A DNA stretch of 29,871 bases from a virus. Lineage: Duplodnaviria > Caudoviricetes. The translations under genes were made by a program, and so were the position numbers. The notes under the pieces were generated by a model that was not told the DNA's origin, searched no databases, and was given only the letters and a program-made list of their open reading frames with translations. Location: positions 1 to 29,871 of IMG/VR virus record IMGVR_UViG_3300021961_000428. The stretch is one strand, 5' to 3'. Positions 6,125-15,133 of the stretch are shown piece by piece. Each line of letters begins with the position of its first letter. Positions within the stretch are counted from its first letter, which is position 1.

Positions 6125-8485
6125 ATGGACGCTACGTCTTTCGACTTTCAAAAGGTCATCCAGAATCGTCCTTGGTTCGAGCGTGCAATCGAGACCGTTG
6201 CGCCTGCCTATGCGCTGAAGCGTCTGGAAGCGCGCATCCAGCGCGAGATGTTTTCGTATAACGCGGCGATGACGGATCGTCTATACGCTCCGCGCCAATA
6301 CGGACAGCCGAGCGAATCAACGCAGACGGTGCGCGACCGGATCGTGATGATGTGGGAGGCGCGCGACCTCGTTGAGAATTTCCCGCAAGCGCGCGAGATC
6401 ACGCGCAAGTTTTCGCTCTATTGCACGCCGCAGGAGTTCTCGGCGATGACTGGTGACCGCGCGTACAATAACATCGTCAACGAATACTTTCACGACTGGT
6501 GCAAGCGCGCCGACGTGACTGGGCGGCACTCGTTCCGCAAGCTCGTGCAGATTGGGTGCGAGGAGCGTCCGGTTGACGGCGACTTCGGATTTGTTCTTCG
6601 TCGTCTCGACAAGGAGCTGAAGATCCAGATCGTTCCGGCGACTCGCATCGGCAATCCGAATGCGCTCACGGCGCAGCCTGCGAATTATTATCAAGGCGTG
6701 ATCGTCGATGAGTTCGGTCGTCCGATTGCGTATCAAATATATCGCGTGACGCGGGACGGTGTATATTTCGATCCCGAGGAAATCCCGGCAGCGAATTTCT
6801 GTCACTTCTTCGATCCATTCCGCAGCGATCAATTCCGAGGCGTGTCCGACTTCCACGCCTGCGCGCGATCGGCTCGGATGCTGTATGGCATTCTTGAGGC
6901 CGAGAAGACCGGCGTGCGCTTCGCTGCGCAGCAGGCGGCACTTGTATTCTCGGACAAGGCGGCGGCGAATCCGCGCAATCTGTTCACACCAAATCCGTCG
7001 ATCCAGTTGCCGAGCGGACAGGCGCAGAAAAATGAATTGTCCGAGATCGGCATGATTCGGTATTTCGGCACCGCTGATCGCATCGAGGTCATGCCCTCGC
7101 GTCCGTCGCAGGCGTTCGCCGGATTTGTGCAACACTTGATGCACGAGATCGCAATCGGCATCGGCATCCCGCAAGGCGTTCTGTTCGGCACGCAGGACTT
7201 CAAAGGTCCGAGCGTCCGCGCCGAGTTCGCTGCGGCGGATCGCGTGTTCGTGCGGCACCAAGGCGTGCTCGTGGACAAGGTGCTCGATCCGATCAAGAAC
7301 GCGGTCATCCTCGACGCCATCGCGCGCGAGGAAATTCCGCCGCCGCCGCTACAGACTGGCGAGACTATGGTGCAAGCTCTCCGTCGTGCGACGCGCGGCG
7401 AATGGAGATTCCCGCCGAAGATCACCATTGATGTTGGCCGCGAGAGCGCGGCGAACATGAACGAGAACAGGCAAGGCGCGAAGTCATTGCAGGAGATCGC
7501 AGCCGAGCAAGGCACCGACGCTTTCGGTCGTCTTGAACAAATCGCGATGGAGGCGGCATACGTTAAGGAGCTGGCGCAGAAGTATGAGATCCCTGAGACG
7601 GCAATCCGACTTGTGACTAATTCGCTTCCGAGCACTCCAGCCGCTGCCGCTGCTGCTGGCGATCAGGTCGCAACGTCTGCCGCGCAAGCGCAGCAAGCCG
7701 CATCTCCCGGTCAGTCTGCCTCCACCGAGAACGTCGCCGAAGGTGCAACGCCCGACGCTCCGGTCGAGCAGGTCAACGCCTCGGCCGATCTGATCACGAT
7801 TAACTTCGCGGAGGATTCATACGTGCCGAATGATCGCATGGCCGCGAACGCTCGCCGCGCGCTTGAGGTTCGCGCCAGCAAGCCACCGTCTCAGCGCGGC
7901 ATGACTTCGGTCGGCCTCGCTCGCGCTCGTGATATACAAAACAAGAAGCCGCTTTCAGCCGATACGGTGCGCCGGATGAAGGCATACTTCGACCGGCACG
8001 AGATCGACAAGCAGGGTTCGACATGGAACGAGCAGGGCAAGGGCTGGCAGGCGTGGCAGGGCTGGGGCGGCGACGCTGGCCGCACTTGGGCGAACGCAAT
8101 CGTCGAGCGGCTCAATAAAGCCGAGCGCAAGGAAGCCGCGTCAACCGAGCAGCAGCGCAGACTCGAATCCGCAGACGTCGTTGCGATCACGCTCGAACAG
8201 CGGCCAGCCGATCCGCACGCATGGCTCAATGCTGTCGAGCAATATCGCAAGGAGCTTTCGATCAAAGCAGCGACCGCGACCAATCCGATTCTCGACAAGC
8301 CGCTCGTGCAATTCGCCGAGCCGAAGAAGTTTGATCTGCCGACGCCATCCGCAGGCGAGACGCACGACGACTTCATGGCTCGCTGCATGGCCGATCCTGT
8401 AGCAACCGCAGAGTTTCCAGATGCCGCGCAACGGAGCGCGGTCTGTATGAAACAGCACGAAGGAAAACTTCAGAATAAGAACTGA
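6125..8485 (+). CDS. Portal protein, lambda family, with long C-terminal extension
   Basis: ARDLVEN, DGDFGFV, GVIVDEFGRPIAYQI, DQFRGVS, IAIGIGIP, SVRAEF motifs of lambda-type portals. ATG 6125 preferred over the track start 6095. Confidence 0.9.
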   Translation: MDATSFDFQKVIQNRPWFERAIETVAPAYALKRLEARIQREMFSYNAAMTDRLYAPRQYGQPSESTQTVRDRIVMMWEARDLVENFPQAREITRKFSLYCTPQEFSAMTGDRAYNNIVNEYFHDWCKRADVTGRHSFRKLVQIGCEERPVDGDFGFVLRRLDKELKIQIVPATRIGNPNALTAQPANYYQGVIVDEFGRPIAYQIYRVTRDGVYFDPEEIPAANFCHFFDPFRSDQFRGVSDFHACARSARMLYGILEAEKTGVRFAAQQAALVFSDKAAANPRNLFTPNPSIQLPSGQAQKNELSEIGMIRYFGTADRIEVMPSRPSQAFAGFVQHLMHEIAIGIGIPQGVLFGTQDFKGPSVRAEFAAADRVFVRHQGVLVDKVLDPIKNAVILDAIAREEIPPPPLQTGETMVQALRRATRGEWRFPPKITIDVGRESAANMNENRQGAKSLQEIAAEQGTDAFGRLEQIAMEAAYVKELAQKYEIPETAIRLVTNSLPSTPAAAAAAGDQVATSAAQAQQAASPGQSASTENVAEGATPDAPVEQVNASADLITINFAEDSYVPNDRMAANARRALEVRASKPPSQRGMTSVGLARARDIQNKKPLSADTVRRMKAYFDRHEIDKQGSTWNEQGKGWQAWQGWGGDAGRTWANAIVERLNKAERKEAASTEQQRRLESADVVAITLEQRPADPHAWLNAVEQYRKELSIKAATATNPILDKPLVQFAEPKKFDLPTPSAGETHDDFMARCMADPVATAEFPDAAQRSAVCMKQHEGKLQNKN

Positions 8486-8487
8486 CG

Positions 8488-11400
8488 ATGGACACGCTCA
8501 CTCAAGTCGAACGGCTTATTGAACTGGCGATCATTCAGCGGTCGGAATTGCGCCGACTCGTGGAAGAGTTGCCGCAACTGAAGGCGCATCTCAGCGAGGA
8601 GATCGAGCGCACGTTCGAGGAAACGGAACCGCAACTGCGTGCCGAGCTGGAGGAATGGACGACGAAGCAGACTGCCGACAAGACTGCGGCACTCGGTGCT
8701 GCCCTTGAAGCGAAGATCGTGGAGCTTGCAAACAGCCTCGAACGCAGCACGCAGGCGAGATACAACGCGATCATCGCCGAGCGCGACGAGAACGCACGCC
8801 TTGCGTCTGCGGCAGAAAAGAAGATCGCCGAGCACGCGGCCAACCTTCCCGGCGCGGTGAAGGAAATCGTCACGGCAGAACTCGCTCGCTTCCCGCGTGC
8901 TGGTGAAATCGACAAGCTGCGCAAGGAATTCGCAGAACCGAAGACGCTGAACCCGCGCGGCAAGTGGCGTCCTGATGTTGTCTATAACAAGCTGGATTTC
9001 GTCACGATCAACGGTGATTCCTACGTGTCTGCGAAGGACGACAATCGCACGCGACCGACGCGCAGTTCGTCGGACTGGACTCTTGTCGCCGCGCGAGGAA
9101 CCGGCGGTGGCGGTGGACCGACTTCAATCACCGACTTTCTGCCGACTCCTTCTGATGGCGAGCTTCTGATCGGAAACAACGGCTCGTACTCCGCTGCACC
9201 GCTGACCGCTGGCGTCGGCATCAACATCACTAGCGCGCCGGGATCAATCACCATTGACGCTTCTGGCGCGCAGGAAACGCTGACCGCAACGATCACGAAC
9301 GCCGAATCCGTTGCGATCACTCGTGGTCAAGTCGTGTATGCGTTCGGCGCGTCTGGCAATAGAATGTCCGTCAAGCTGGCATCCAACTTGAGCGATGCCA
9401 CCTCCGCGAAAACCATCGGCATTGTGAGCGACGATTCCATTTCTGCCGGTGGAGTCGGTCAGATCACCTGCATCGGCGTTGTAGACAAGCTAATGCTGGG
9501 CAGCTATAACGACGGTGATAGCGTATATCTCGGAGAAACTCCCGGTTCGTTCACCGCGGTCAGGCCTTTGTCGCCCAAGCATCTCGTGGATGTTGGCATC
9601 GTAGAGCGTGCCAACAACGGGAACGGCGAATTGTATGTTCGCATTCAGAACGGCTACGAACTCGACGAGCTTCACGACGTACAAATCAACGCGCCGAAAC
9701 TGGCCGGTCAGGTCATCGTGTACGATGAAACTGACAACCTCTGGAAAAATGCTCGGCTCAATGCTGGCGCAGGCGTCTCGATCACGAACGGCGACGCCTC
9801 GATCACGGTTGCCGCTGACGTTGTAAGCGTCTTCGGAAGGACCGGCTCCGTCACCGCATCGAATGGCGACTATTCTGCCGCGCAGATCACGAACACGCCA
9901 GCAGGCAGCATCACCGCGACCGACATTCAAGCGGCGATCAACGAGCTAGACTTGGAGAAGCTCGCGAAGGCATCGAACCTGAGTGACCTTGCGGACGTAT
10001 CGACGGCGCGGAACAATCTCGCACTCGGCTCCGCTGCGCTCGAAAGCACGACCTACTTCATCCAGACCGGACAAGCCGCAGGCGGCGACCTAACGGGCAA
10101 TTATCCCAACCCTTCGTTGACGATCAGCGGAGTGATCGCAGGCAACTACGGTTCTGCATCGAGCGTGCCTTCAATCACGATTGATGCGAAGGGCCGCATC
10201 ACTTCCGTCACCGCGCCAAACATTCAGATCATCGAATCGCAGGTCACCGGCCTGACGAGCGCGCTGGCCGGAAAGATTCCCACGACGGAGAAAGGCGCGG
10301 CCAATGGCGTCGCGACGCTTGATGCTGGCGGCAAGGTTCCGACGACGCAGTTGCCGGATTCCGTTCTCGGTCAGCTTTACTACGAGGGAACGTGGGACGC
10401 CTCGACGAACACGCCGACGCTCGTCAATCCTCCGAGCGCATCGACGCGCGGTGATTACTACATCACGAGCGCGGCTGGCTCGTTCGCCAGCATCACCTTC
10501 GACGTCGGCGACTGGATTGTGTCCAGCGGCTCCGACTGGCAGAAGGTGGATAACACCGACGCGGTCGCTTCCGTATTCGGTCGCAATGGAAACATTGTTG
10601 CGGCAAGCGGTGACTATACTGCCTCGCAGGTCACGAATGTTCCGGCTGGAGGTATCGTCGCGACGACGGTGCAGGCAGCGATTGATGAACTCGATACCGA
10701 GAAGCTCGCGAAGGCGAGCAACCTGTCGGATGTATTGTCGGCCTCGACCGCGCGTCTGAATCTCGGTATCGGAACGATGGGCGTGCAGGACGCGAACAGC
10801 GTCGCGATCACGGGCGGCTCGATCAACGGCACGACGGTGGGCGCATCGTCGCCGAATACCGGAGCTTTCACGAGTCTGTCGAGCAGCAGCACGACGACGC
10901 TGAACGGCACGACGATTCCGGCGTCCTCGACTCTGCTCACCAGCGGCGGCGCGCTCGGCACGCCGTCGAGCGGCACGGTCACGAACCTGACCGGCACCGC
11001 CTCGATCAATATCAATGGCAAGGTGGGCGAGACGACGCCGAGCACGGGTGCATTCACGACGCTGAGTGCGACGACAAGTGCGCTTGTTTCGAATAACGGA
11101 GATACCGCATCGGCAAATTATCCTTCGGCCAATACACGCATGGGCGGGTCATTCGATGGTCAGAACATCATGACGATGCTGTCCTATGGATCGAATACGG
11201 GAATCGTGCAGGGTGTAGCAGGTGGAACGAAAGCATCTCCAACGCAGACTACGTCTGGAAGTGCGCTGATGATCCTTGGAGGATACGGCTACAATACAAC
11301 CAACGGTTGGGGTGGCGGCTCAGCGACTTCAAATGCACGCATCGTTTTTGCGGCGACGGAGGATCATACTAACACCGCGCAGGGTACGAAAATCTCGTTT

Positions 11401-11829
11401 GATGTAACGCCGAATACAACGGCTTCACGCATCACCGCGATGACGCTTGATCAGAGCGGCAACGTCGGCATCGGCACGACGAGTCCCGGTCAGAAACTCC
11501 AAGTCAACGGCGATATCAAAATTCGTTCGGCAACGGCTGGCGTTCTTCGCTGGTCGAACGATGACAGCCAGACTTTTGCGTTCGCGCAGTATGATGACTC
11601 AACCGGGAAGATGAGTCTCGGCACTCCGAGCGGTCGTAGCTACGAAACCGAAATACACTACAACGGTGCCGTTCACTTTTCGGCATCGGCTGGAGGCTTG
11701 AAAGTTGCGAGCGGAAAAGATCTCCAACTCGGCAACGCCTACGTCGCTGGCGCACCCACGGCCACCGGCTACGTGGTCATCAAGGACTCGACCGGCACCT
11801 CCTACAAGATTCCCGCTGTCGCTGTATAA
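8488..11829 (+). CDS. Large fibre/appendage protein (coiled-coil N-terminus, Ser/Thr/Gly-rich repeats)
   Basis: N-terminal ~150 aa coiled coil, RGKW..Y..LDFV..NGDSYVS carbohydrate-binding-like motif, VSVFGRTG repeats, KLAKASNLSDL..ARNNL, GAANGVATLDAGGKVP and GNVGIGTTSP fibre motifs. Confidence 0.7.
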   Translation: MDTLTQVERLIELAIIQRSELRRLVEELPQLKAHLSEEIERTFEETEPQLRAELEEWTTKQTADKTAALGAALEAKIVELANSLERSTQARYNAIIAERDENARLASAAEKKIAEHAANLPGAVKEIVTAELARFPRAGEIDKLRKEFAEPKTLNPRGKWRPDVVYNKLDFVTINGDSYVSAKDDNRTRPTRSSSDWTLVAARGTGGGGGPTSITDFLPTPSDGELLIGNNGSYSAAPLTAGVGINITSAPGSITIDASGAQETLTATITNAESVAITRGQVVYAFGASGNRMSVKLASNLSDATSAKTIGIVSDDSISAGGVGQITCIGVVDKLMLGSYNDGDSVYLGETPGSFTAVRPLSPKHLVDVGIVERANNGNGELYVRIQNGYELDELHDVQINAPKLAGQVIVYDETDNLWKNARLNAGAGVSITNGDASITVAADVVSVFGRTGSVTASNGDYSAAQITNTPAGSITATDIQAAINELDLEKLAKASNLSDLADVSTARNNLALGSAALESTTYFIQTGQAAGGDLTGNYPNPSLTISGVIAGNYGSASSVPSITIDAKGRITSVTAPNIQIIESQVTGLTSALAGKIPTTEKGAANGVATLDAGGKVPTTQLPDSVLGQLYYEGTWDASTNTPTLVNPPSASTRGDYYITSAAGSFASITFDVGDWIVSSGSDWQKVDNTDAVASVFGRNGNIVAASGDYTASQVTNVPAGGIVATTVQAAIDELDTEKLAKASNLSDVLSASTARLNLGIGTMGVQDANSVAITGGSINGTTVGASSPNTGAFTSLSSSSTTTLNGTTIPASSTLLTSGGALGTPSSGTVTNLTGTASININGKVGETTPSTGAFTTLSATTSALVSNNGDTASANYPSANTRMGGSFDGQNIMTMLSYGSNTGIVQGVAGGTKASPTQTTSGSALMILGGYGYNTTNGWGGGSATSNARIVFAATEDHTNTAQGTKISFDVTPNTTASRITAMTLDQSGNVGIGTTSPGQKLQVNGDIKIRSATAGVLRWSNDDSQTFAFAQYDDSTGKMSLGTPSGRSYETEIHYNGAVHFSASAGGLKVASGKDLQLGNAYVAGAPTATGYVVIKDSTGTSYKIPAVAV
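9820..10767 (+). repeat. Two diverged ~68-aa internal repeats in the fibre gene (about 9820-10029 and 10564-10767)
   Basis: VVSVFGRTGSVTASNGDYSAAQITNTPAGSITATDIQAAINELDLEKLAKASNLSDL vs VASVFGRNGNIVAASGDYTASQVTNVPAGGIVATTVQAAIDELDTEKLAKASNLSDV. Confidence 0.85.
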
Positions 11830-11835
11830 TTTCTC

Positions 11836-11997
11836 ATGACCCAATCCGAAATCACACCCGTTCAAGCTCTCGAAAATCTCGCCGCCGCCGCCGCCCAGTT
11901 TCGCGGCACTCGCGCCGATCACGAAATCCTCGAACGCTGCGTGCGCGTTCTCGCCGCGATTGTGCAGCCGCCGCAGGTTGAGAAGAAAGCCGAATGA
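11836..11997 (+). CDS. Small helical protein (53 aa), possible fibre chaperone
   Basis: Translated by eye: MTQSEITPVQALENLAAAAAQFRGTRADHEILERCVRVLAAIVQPPQVEKKAE; ATGA overlap with next gene. Confidence 0.6.
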   Translation: MTQSEITPVQALENLAAAAAQFRGTRADHEILERCVRVLAAIVQPPQVEKKAE

Positions 11998-12428
11998 GTC
12001 TGCTTTCATTCCTCGCCTCTGCCGCTGGCGGGACATTGCTCGGCGGCGCAACTCAGTTCCTCGGCTCGCTCGTTGGCGAGGCGAAGGAGTGGAGCGCAAG
12101 CAAGCGACGCATCGCCGAGATCGCCGCGCTGAAGGAAAAGCAGATTGCGGTCGCCGAGGTCGAGGCATTCGCGAAAGCGGTCGAAGGCACGAACAGCACG
12201 ACATATTCGCTGCCGCCCAACGCCGCTTCGTGGATGCACGGCCTGATGACCATCGCCGCCTTTTGCACGCAGATGGTGCGACCGTGTATGGTGGCTGGCG
12301 CGTGCTTGTATATCTGGACGCGACCGAATGAGGAGCTGGCCGGACTGCATGGTGAGATTCTGACCGTGTCTTTCGCGTGCATATATTTCTGGCTCGGCGT
12401 CCGCCATCAACTTTCCAAGAGCAAATGA
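11994..12428 (+). CDS. Holin-like membrane protein (3-TM GTA-holin-like)
   Basis: Hydrophobic N-terminus, coiled segment, VRP..TM, and C-terminal TM ending YFWLGVR. Confidence 0.6.
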   Translation: MSLLSFLASAAGGTLLGGATQFLGSLVGEAKEWSASKRRIAEIAALKEKQIAVAEVEAFAKAVEGTNSTTYSLPPNAASWMHGLMTIAAFCTQMVRPCMVAGACLYIWTRPNEELAGLHGEILTVSFACIYFWLGVRHQLSKSK

Positions 12429-12592
12429 ACAGCCCTCGACCAATGGATTTTCTCGTAGCGTCCCTGCCTACGGTATCGGCAACAATCATCGCGCAGGCAA
12501 ATCAGGTCGTCGGCCTGATCGGATCGCTGCTCGGCATCGCATATCTGCTCTGGCGATGGAAGCGCGAATGGAGCGGAAAAAAGCATGACTGA
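12425..12592 (+). CDS. Small membrane protein (holin/antiholin-like, 55 aa)
   Basis: ATG 12425 overlaps upstream TGA; TM VVGLIGSLLGIAYLLW followed by basic tail RWKREWSGKK. Confidence 0.55.
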   Translation: MNSPRPMDFLVASLPTVSATIIAQANQVVGLIGSLLGIAYLLWRWKREWSGKKHD

Positions 12593-13535
12593 CTGGAACA
12601 CGTTACACCGCGACGAGACGCGGAAGCTATACGAGTCGGAGATTGCCGGTCTGAAGAAGGAGCTTCAGGTCGCGAGGACTGCTCTCGATAACGCGACCAA
12701 GGCACGCAAGACGAAGTTGCCTGCGCCAGCCGCAACACGTCGCAGGATCGGAGGCGACATTGTGCGCGTCGTGATTCCCGACACGCATGGATGCTTGATA
12801 GACAAGTCCGCGATCTCGGCGATGCTGTCGGATATAAAGCTACTCGATCCGCAGGAAATTATCCTGCTGGGCGATCACGTAGACTGCGGCGGGTTCCTCG
12901 CGCAGCATCACGTCATGGGCTATGTCGCCGAAACAGACTATACGTACGAGGAAGATCTTGCCGCAGCTAAGACGTTCCTAGATGCGCTCCAAGCCGCAGC
13001 ACCGAGGGCAAAAGTCGAATACCTCGAAGGCAATCACGAGAGGCGCGTCGAGACGTGGTGCGTGACACAAGTTCTGCGTCACAAGAAGGACGCCGAAGGC
13101 TTGCGACGATTGCTTGCACCGGAGTTTCGTCTTGGCCTGAAGGAGCGCGGCATCTCGTATTATCGACAAGGCGAATTCTATGACGAGCTTCCGGTTCCCG
13201 GCGTCATCAAGCGCGGCAAGTGTTTTTTCTTTCACGGTGTTTCAACCGCGAAGAACGCAGTCGGCGCAACGGTGGACAAGATCGGCGGCAACTGTGTATT
13301 CGGTCACACGCATCGAGCGCAGAGCAATATCGTGCGGCGCATTTCCAGCGGCATCGTCGGCGCATGGAATCCCGGTTGCCTCTGTCAGCTTCAACCTCTT
13401 TGGCAGCATACCGCACCGACCGACTGGTCGCATGGCTATGCGGTGCAGCTCGTAGCCGCAAGCGGAGCGTTCCTGCATCTCAATATACCAATCATCGACG
13501 GCGAGTCGCACTTCGCCGCGCTGCTCAAGCTATGA
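12585..13535 (+). CDS. Calcineurin-like metallophosphoesterase
   Basis: Motifs PDTHG, LGDHVD, EGNHE, FHG, GHTHR in canonical order. Confidence 0.88.
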   Translation: MTDWNTLHRDETRKLYESEIAGLKKELQVARTALDNATKARKTKLPAPAATRRRIGGDIVRVVIPDTHGCLIDKSAISAMLSDIKLLDPQEIILLGDHVDCGGFLAQHHVMGYVAETDYTYEEDLAAAKTFLDALQAAAPRAKVEYLEGNHERRVETWCVTQVLRHKKDAEGLRRLLAPEFRLGLKERGISYYRQGEFYDELPVPGVIKRGKCFFFHGVSTAKNAVGATVDKIGGNCVFGHTHRAQSNIVRRISSGIVGAWNPGCLCQLQPLWQHTAPTDWSHGYAVQLVAASGAFLHLNIPIIDGESHFAALLKL

Positions 13536-13786
13536 ACTGGAAACAGCTAGTCGAAGCGCAGAACCGCAAGACATATATACTGCCTCCCGGCTGGGATTCT
13601 CGCGACAAAATTGCGGAGCAACTTGATTGCAGCGTGGACAACGTGCGCGTGCTTCTCGGTCCTGCATTGCGAGCGAAGACAATCGAGGTCGGGCAATTCC
13701 CGGTATGGGATGATGTAACGAAAAAGGTTGTCCGCATTACTGCTTATAGAAAGCGACCGACTATAGAGTCGGGAAAGGCAAAGTGA
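13532..13786 (+). CDS. Hypothetical protein (84 aa), possible winged-helix DNA-binding
   Basis: ATG 13532 overlaps upstream stop; GWDSRDKIAEQLDCSVDNVRVLL is HTH-like. Confidence 0.6.
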   Translation: MNWKQLVEAQNRKTYILPPGWDSRDKIAEQLDCSVDNVRVLLGPALRAKTIEVGQFPVWDDVTKKVVRITAYRKRPTIESGKAK

Positions 13787-13787
13787 T

Positions 13788-13808
13788 TTGACGAATCCGC
13801 ATTTTACA
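13788..13808 (+). promoter_or_regulatory. Putative late-promoter motif upstream of protease-capsid operon
   Basis: TTGACGAATCCGCATTTTACA-ATG, closely matching 49-70. Confidence 0.5.
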
Positions 13809-14747
13809 ATGGCTGCTCCGACTATCACTTTTGCCGTCTCGTCCGGTCGCGTTGATCGCGAGGCTGGCATCATTCGTGGCGTCTCTCTCATCTCCGAGGG
13901 ACCGGCACTCGGTCATGGCGTGCAGATTGATTCCAGAACGCTTGAACAGGTGAAGGAAGCCGCGTCGCAATATGAAGGCGGACTCAAGGTGAAGCTCGAT
14001 CATTCTGGTGGTGCCGGTGATATCATCGGCTTCGTCGAGAATCTGCGTATTGAGGGCAGCAAGTTACTCGGCGACCTCAACCTGTTGGAGAAGTCGCCGC
14101 ATCGCGATTACGTATTGGAGATCGCAGAGAAGATTCCCGACACGTTCGGACTCTCTATTGCGTTCTCTGGTCCGACAGAACTAGCGAGCGACAAGCGCAC
14201 GGTTCTTCAACGCTGCTCTGAGATTTATTCCGTCGATCTGGTTTCCGAGCCTGCGGCGAATCGTGACGGATTGTTCTCGCGTATACTCTCCAAGTTTAAC
14301 GACGCCAATGGCGTCTCAATCGAAATCGAACCCAATCCCGAAATGAACGATGACATGAAACAAGCCGTCGAGCAGATGATCCAGTCTGCGATGATGGCTT
14401 ATGGCGAGCGTCTCTCGAAGCTCGAAGCGATGCTGCCAAAGGAAGAGGAAAAGGAAGTCGCGATGAGCGCGCAGACCGATGCCGTCAAGCTCGCCGCCAA
14501 CGAAGCCGCAATCGCTGCGGTGAAGGAGTTCTCGAAGACTATCGGTGCGCCTGCCGCTCCGGTTGTTTCGTCCGAGGCCGCTGCGCCGAAGACTGAGACG
14601 AAGACCTTCGAGGCCGTCGTTGCCGAGAAGACTGCCGAGCTGAAAGGCGACAAGGCGGCGGCGATCACGTTCTGCATCAAGAACAATTCCGACCTTTACG
14701 TAGCCTACCGCTCGCGCGTGCAGGCTGGCGAGAAGATCAAACTCTAA
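13809..14747 (+). CDS. Prohead protease with C-terminal scaffold region
   Basis: KVKLDH (His), FGLSIAF (Ser), SVDLVSEPAAN (Asp) pattern; acidic/Ala-rich helical C-terminus; upstream of capsid genes. ATG 13809 preferred. Confidence 0.8.
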   Translation: MAAPTITFAVSSGRVDREAGIIRGVSLISEGPALGHGVQIDSRTLEQVKEAASQYEGGLKVKLDHSGGAGDIIGFVENLRIEGSKLLGDLNLLEKSPHRDYVLEIAEKIPDTFGLSIAFSGPTELASDKRTVLQRCSEIYSVDLVSEPAANRDGLFSRILSKFNDANGVSIEIEPNPEMNDDMKQAVEQMIQSAMMAYGERLSKLEAMLPKEEEKEVAMSAQTDAVKLAANEAAIAAVKEFSKTIGAPAAPVVSSEAAAPKTETKTFEAVVAEKTAELKGDKAAAITFCIKNNSDLYVAYRSRVQAGEKIKL

Positions 14748-14759
14748 AACCAACTAAAC

Positions 14760-15110
14760 ATGGCTACCAACTATATCGGCACGGGAACCCTCCTTGCCAA
14801 CACCACCGTCACCGCCTTTTACGGCGTTGTGCTTTCCAGCAATCGCGGCGTCGGGCTTTCGAGCGCGACCGACTGCGACGGCTTCGCGCAGATCGACGCG
14901 GCTTCCGGCGACTACGTCACGGTCGCGTTCTTGACCAACTTCGGCACCCAGAAGGGCGTTGTCACCGCTGCTCCGGTGACGGTCGGTGACACGCTGTATC
15001 TCGGCGCGTCCGGCCTCGTCTCCACGACCGGGACGATCACCATCGGCAAGTCGCTCACGACGACTTCCAGCAACGGTGCCGTCATCGAGTTCATTCCGAA
15101 GAATCTCTAA
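14760..15110 (+). CDS. Capsid decoration/cement protein (DUF2190-like)
   Basis: 116-aa Thr/Gly-rich beta protein with AAPVTVGDTLYLGASGLV..IGKSL, between protease and MCP. Confidence 0.7.
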   Translation: MATNYIGTGTLLANTTVTAFYGVVLSSNRGVGLSSATDCDGFAQIDAASGDYVTVAFLTNFGTQKGVVTAAPVTVGDTLYLGASGLVSTTGTITIGKSLTTTSSNGAVIEFIPKNL

Positions 15111-15133
15111 CAATTAACTAAAGGACTTCTACC

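Noticed and set aside
6317-7635. Long minus-strand ORFs (314 aa and 268 aa) and other antisense ORFs across the window
   Set aside because: They shadow well-supported plus-strand genes in GC-rich DNA and show no recognisable motifs.
9820-10767. Fibre repeats as a diversity-generating retroelement TR/VR pair
   Set aside because: Both copies are in-frame coding, differences are not adenine-specific, and no reverse transcriptase is present in the window.
11881-11895. (GCC)5 microsatellite
   Set aside because: Simply encodes an Ala run in a small ORF; unremarkable at this GC content.
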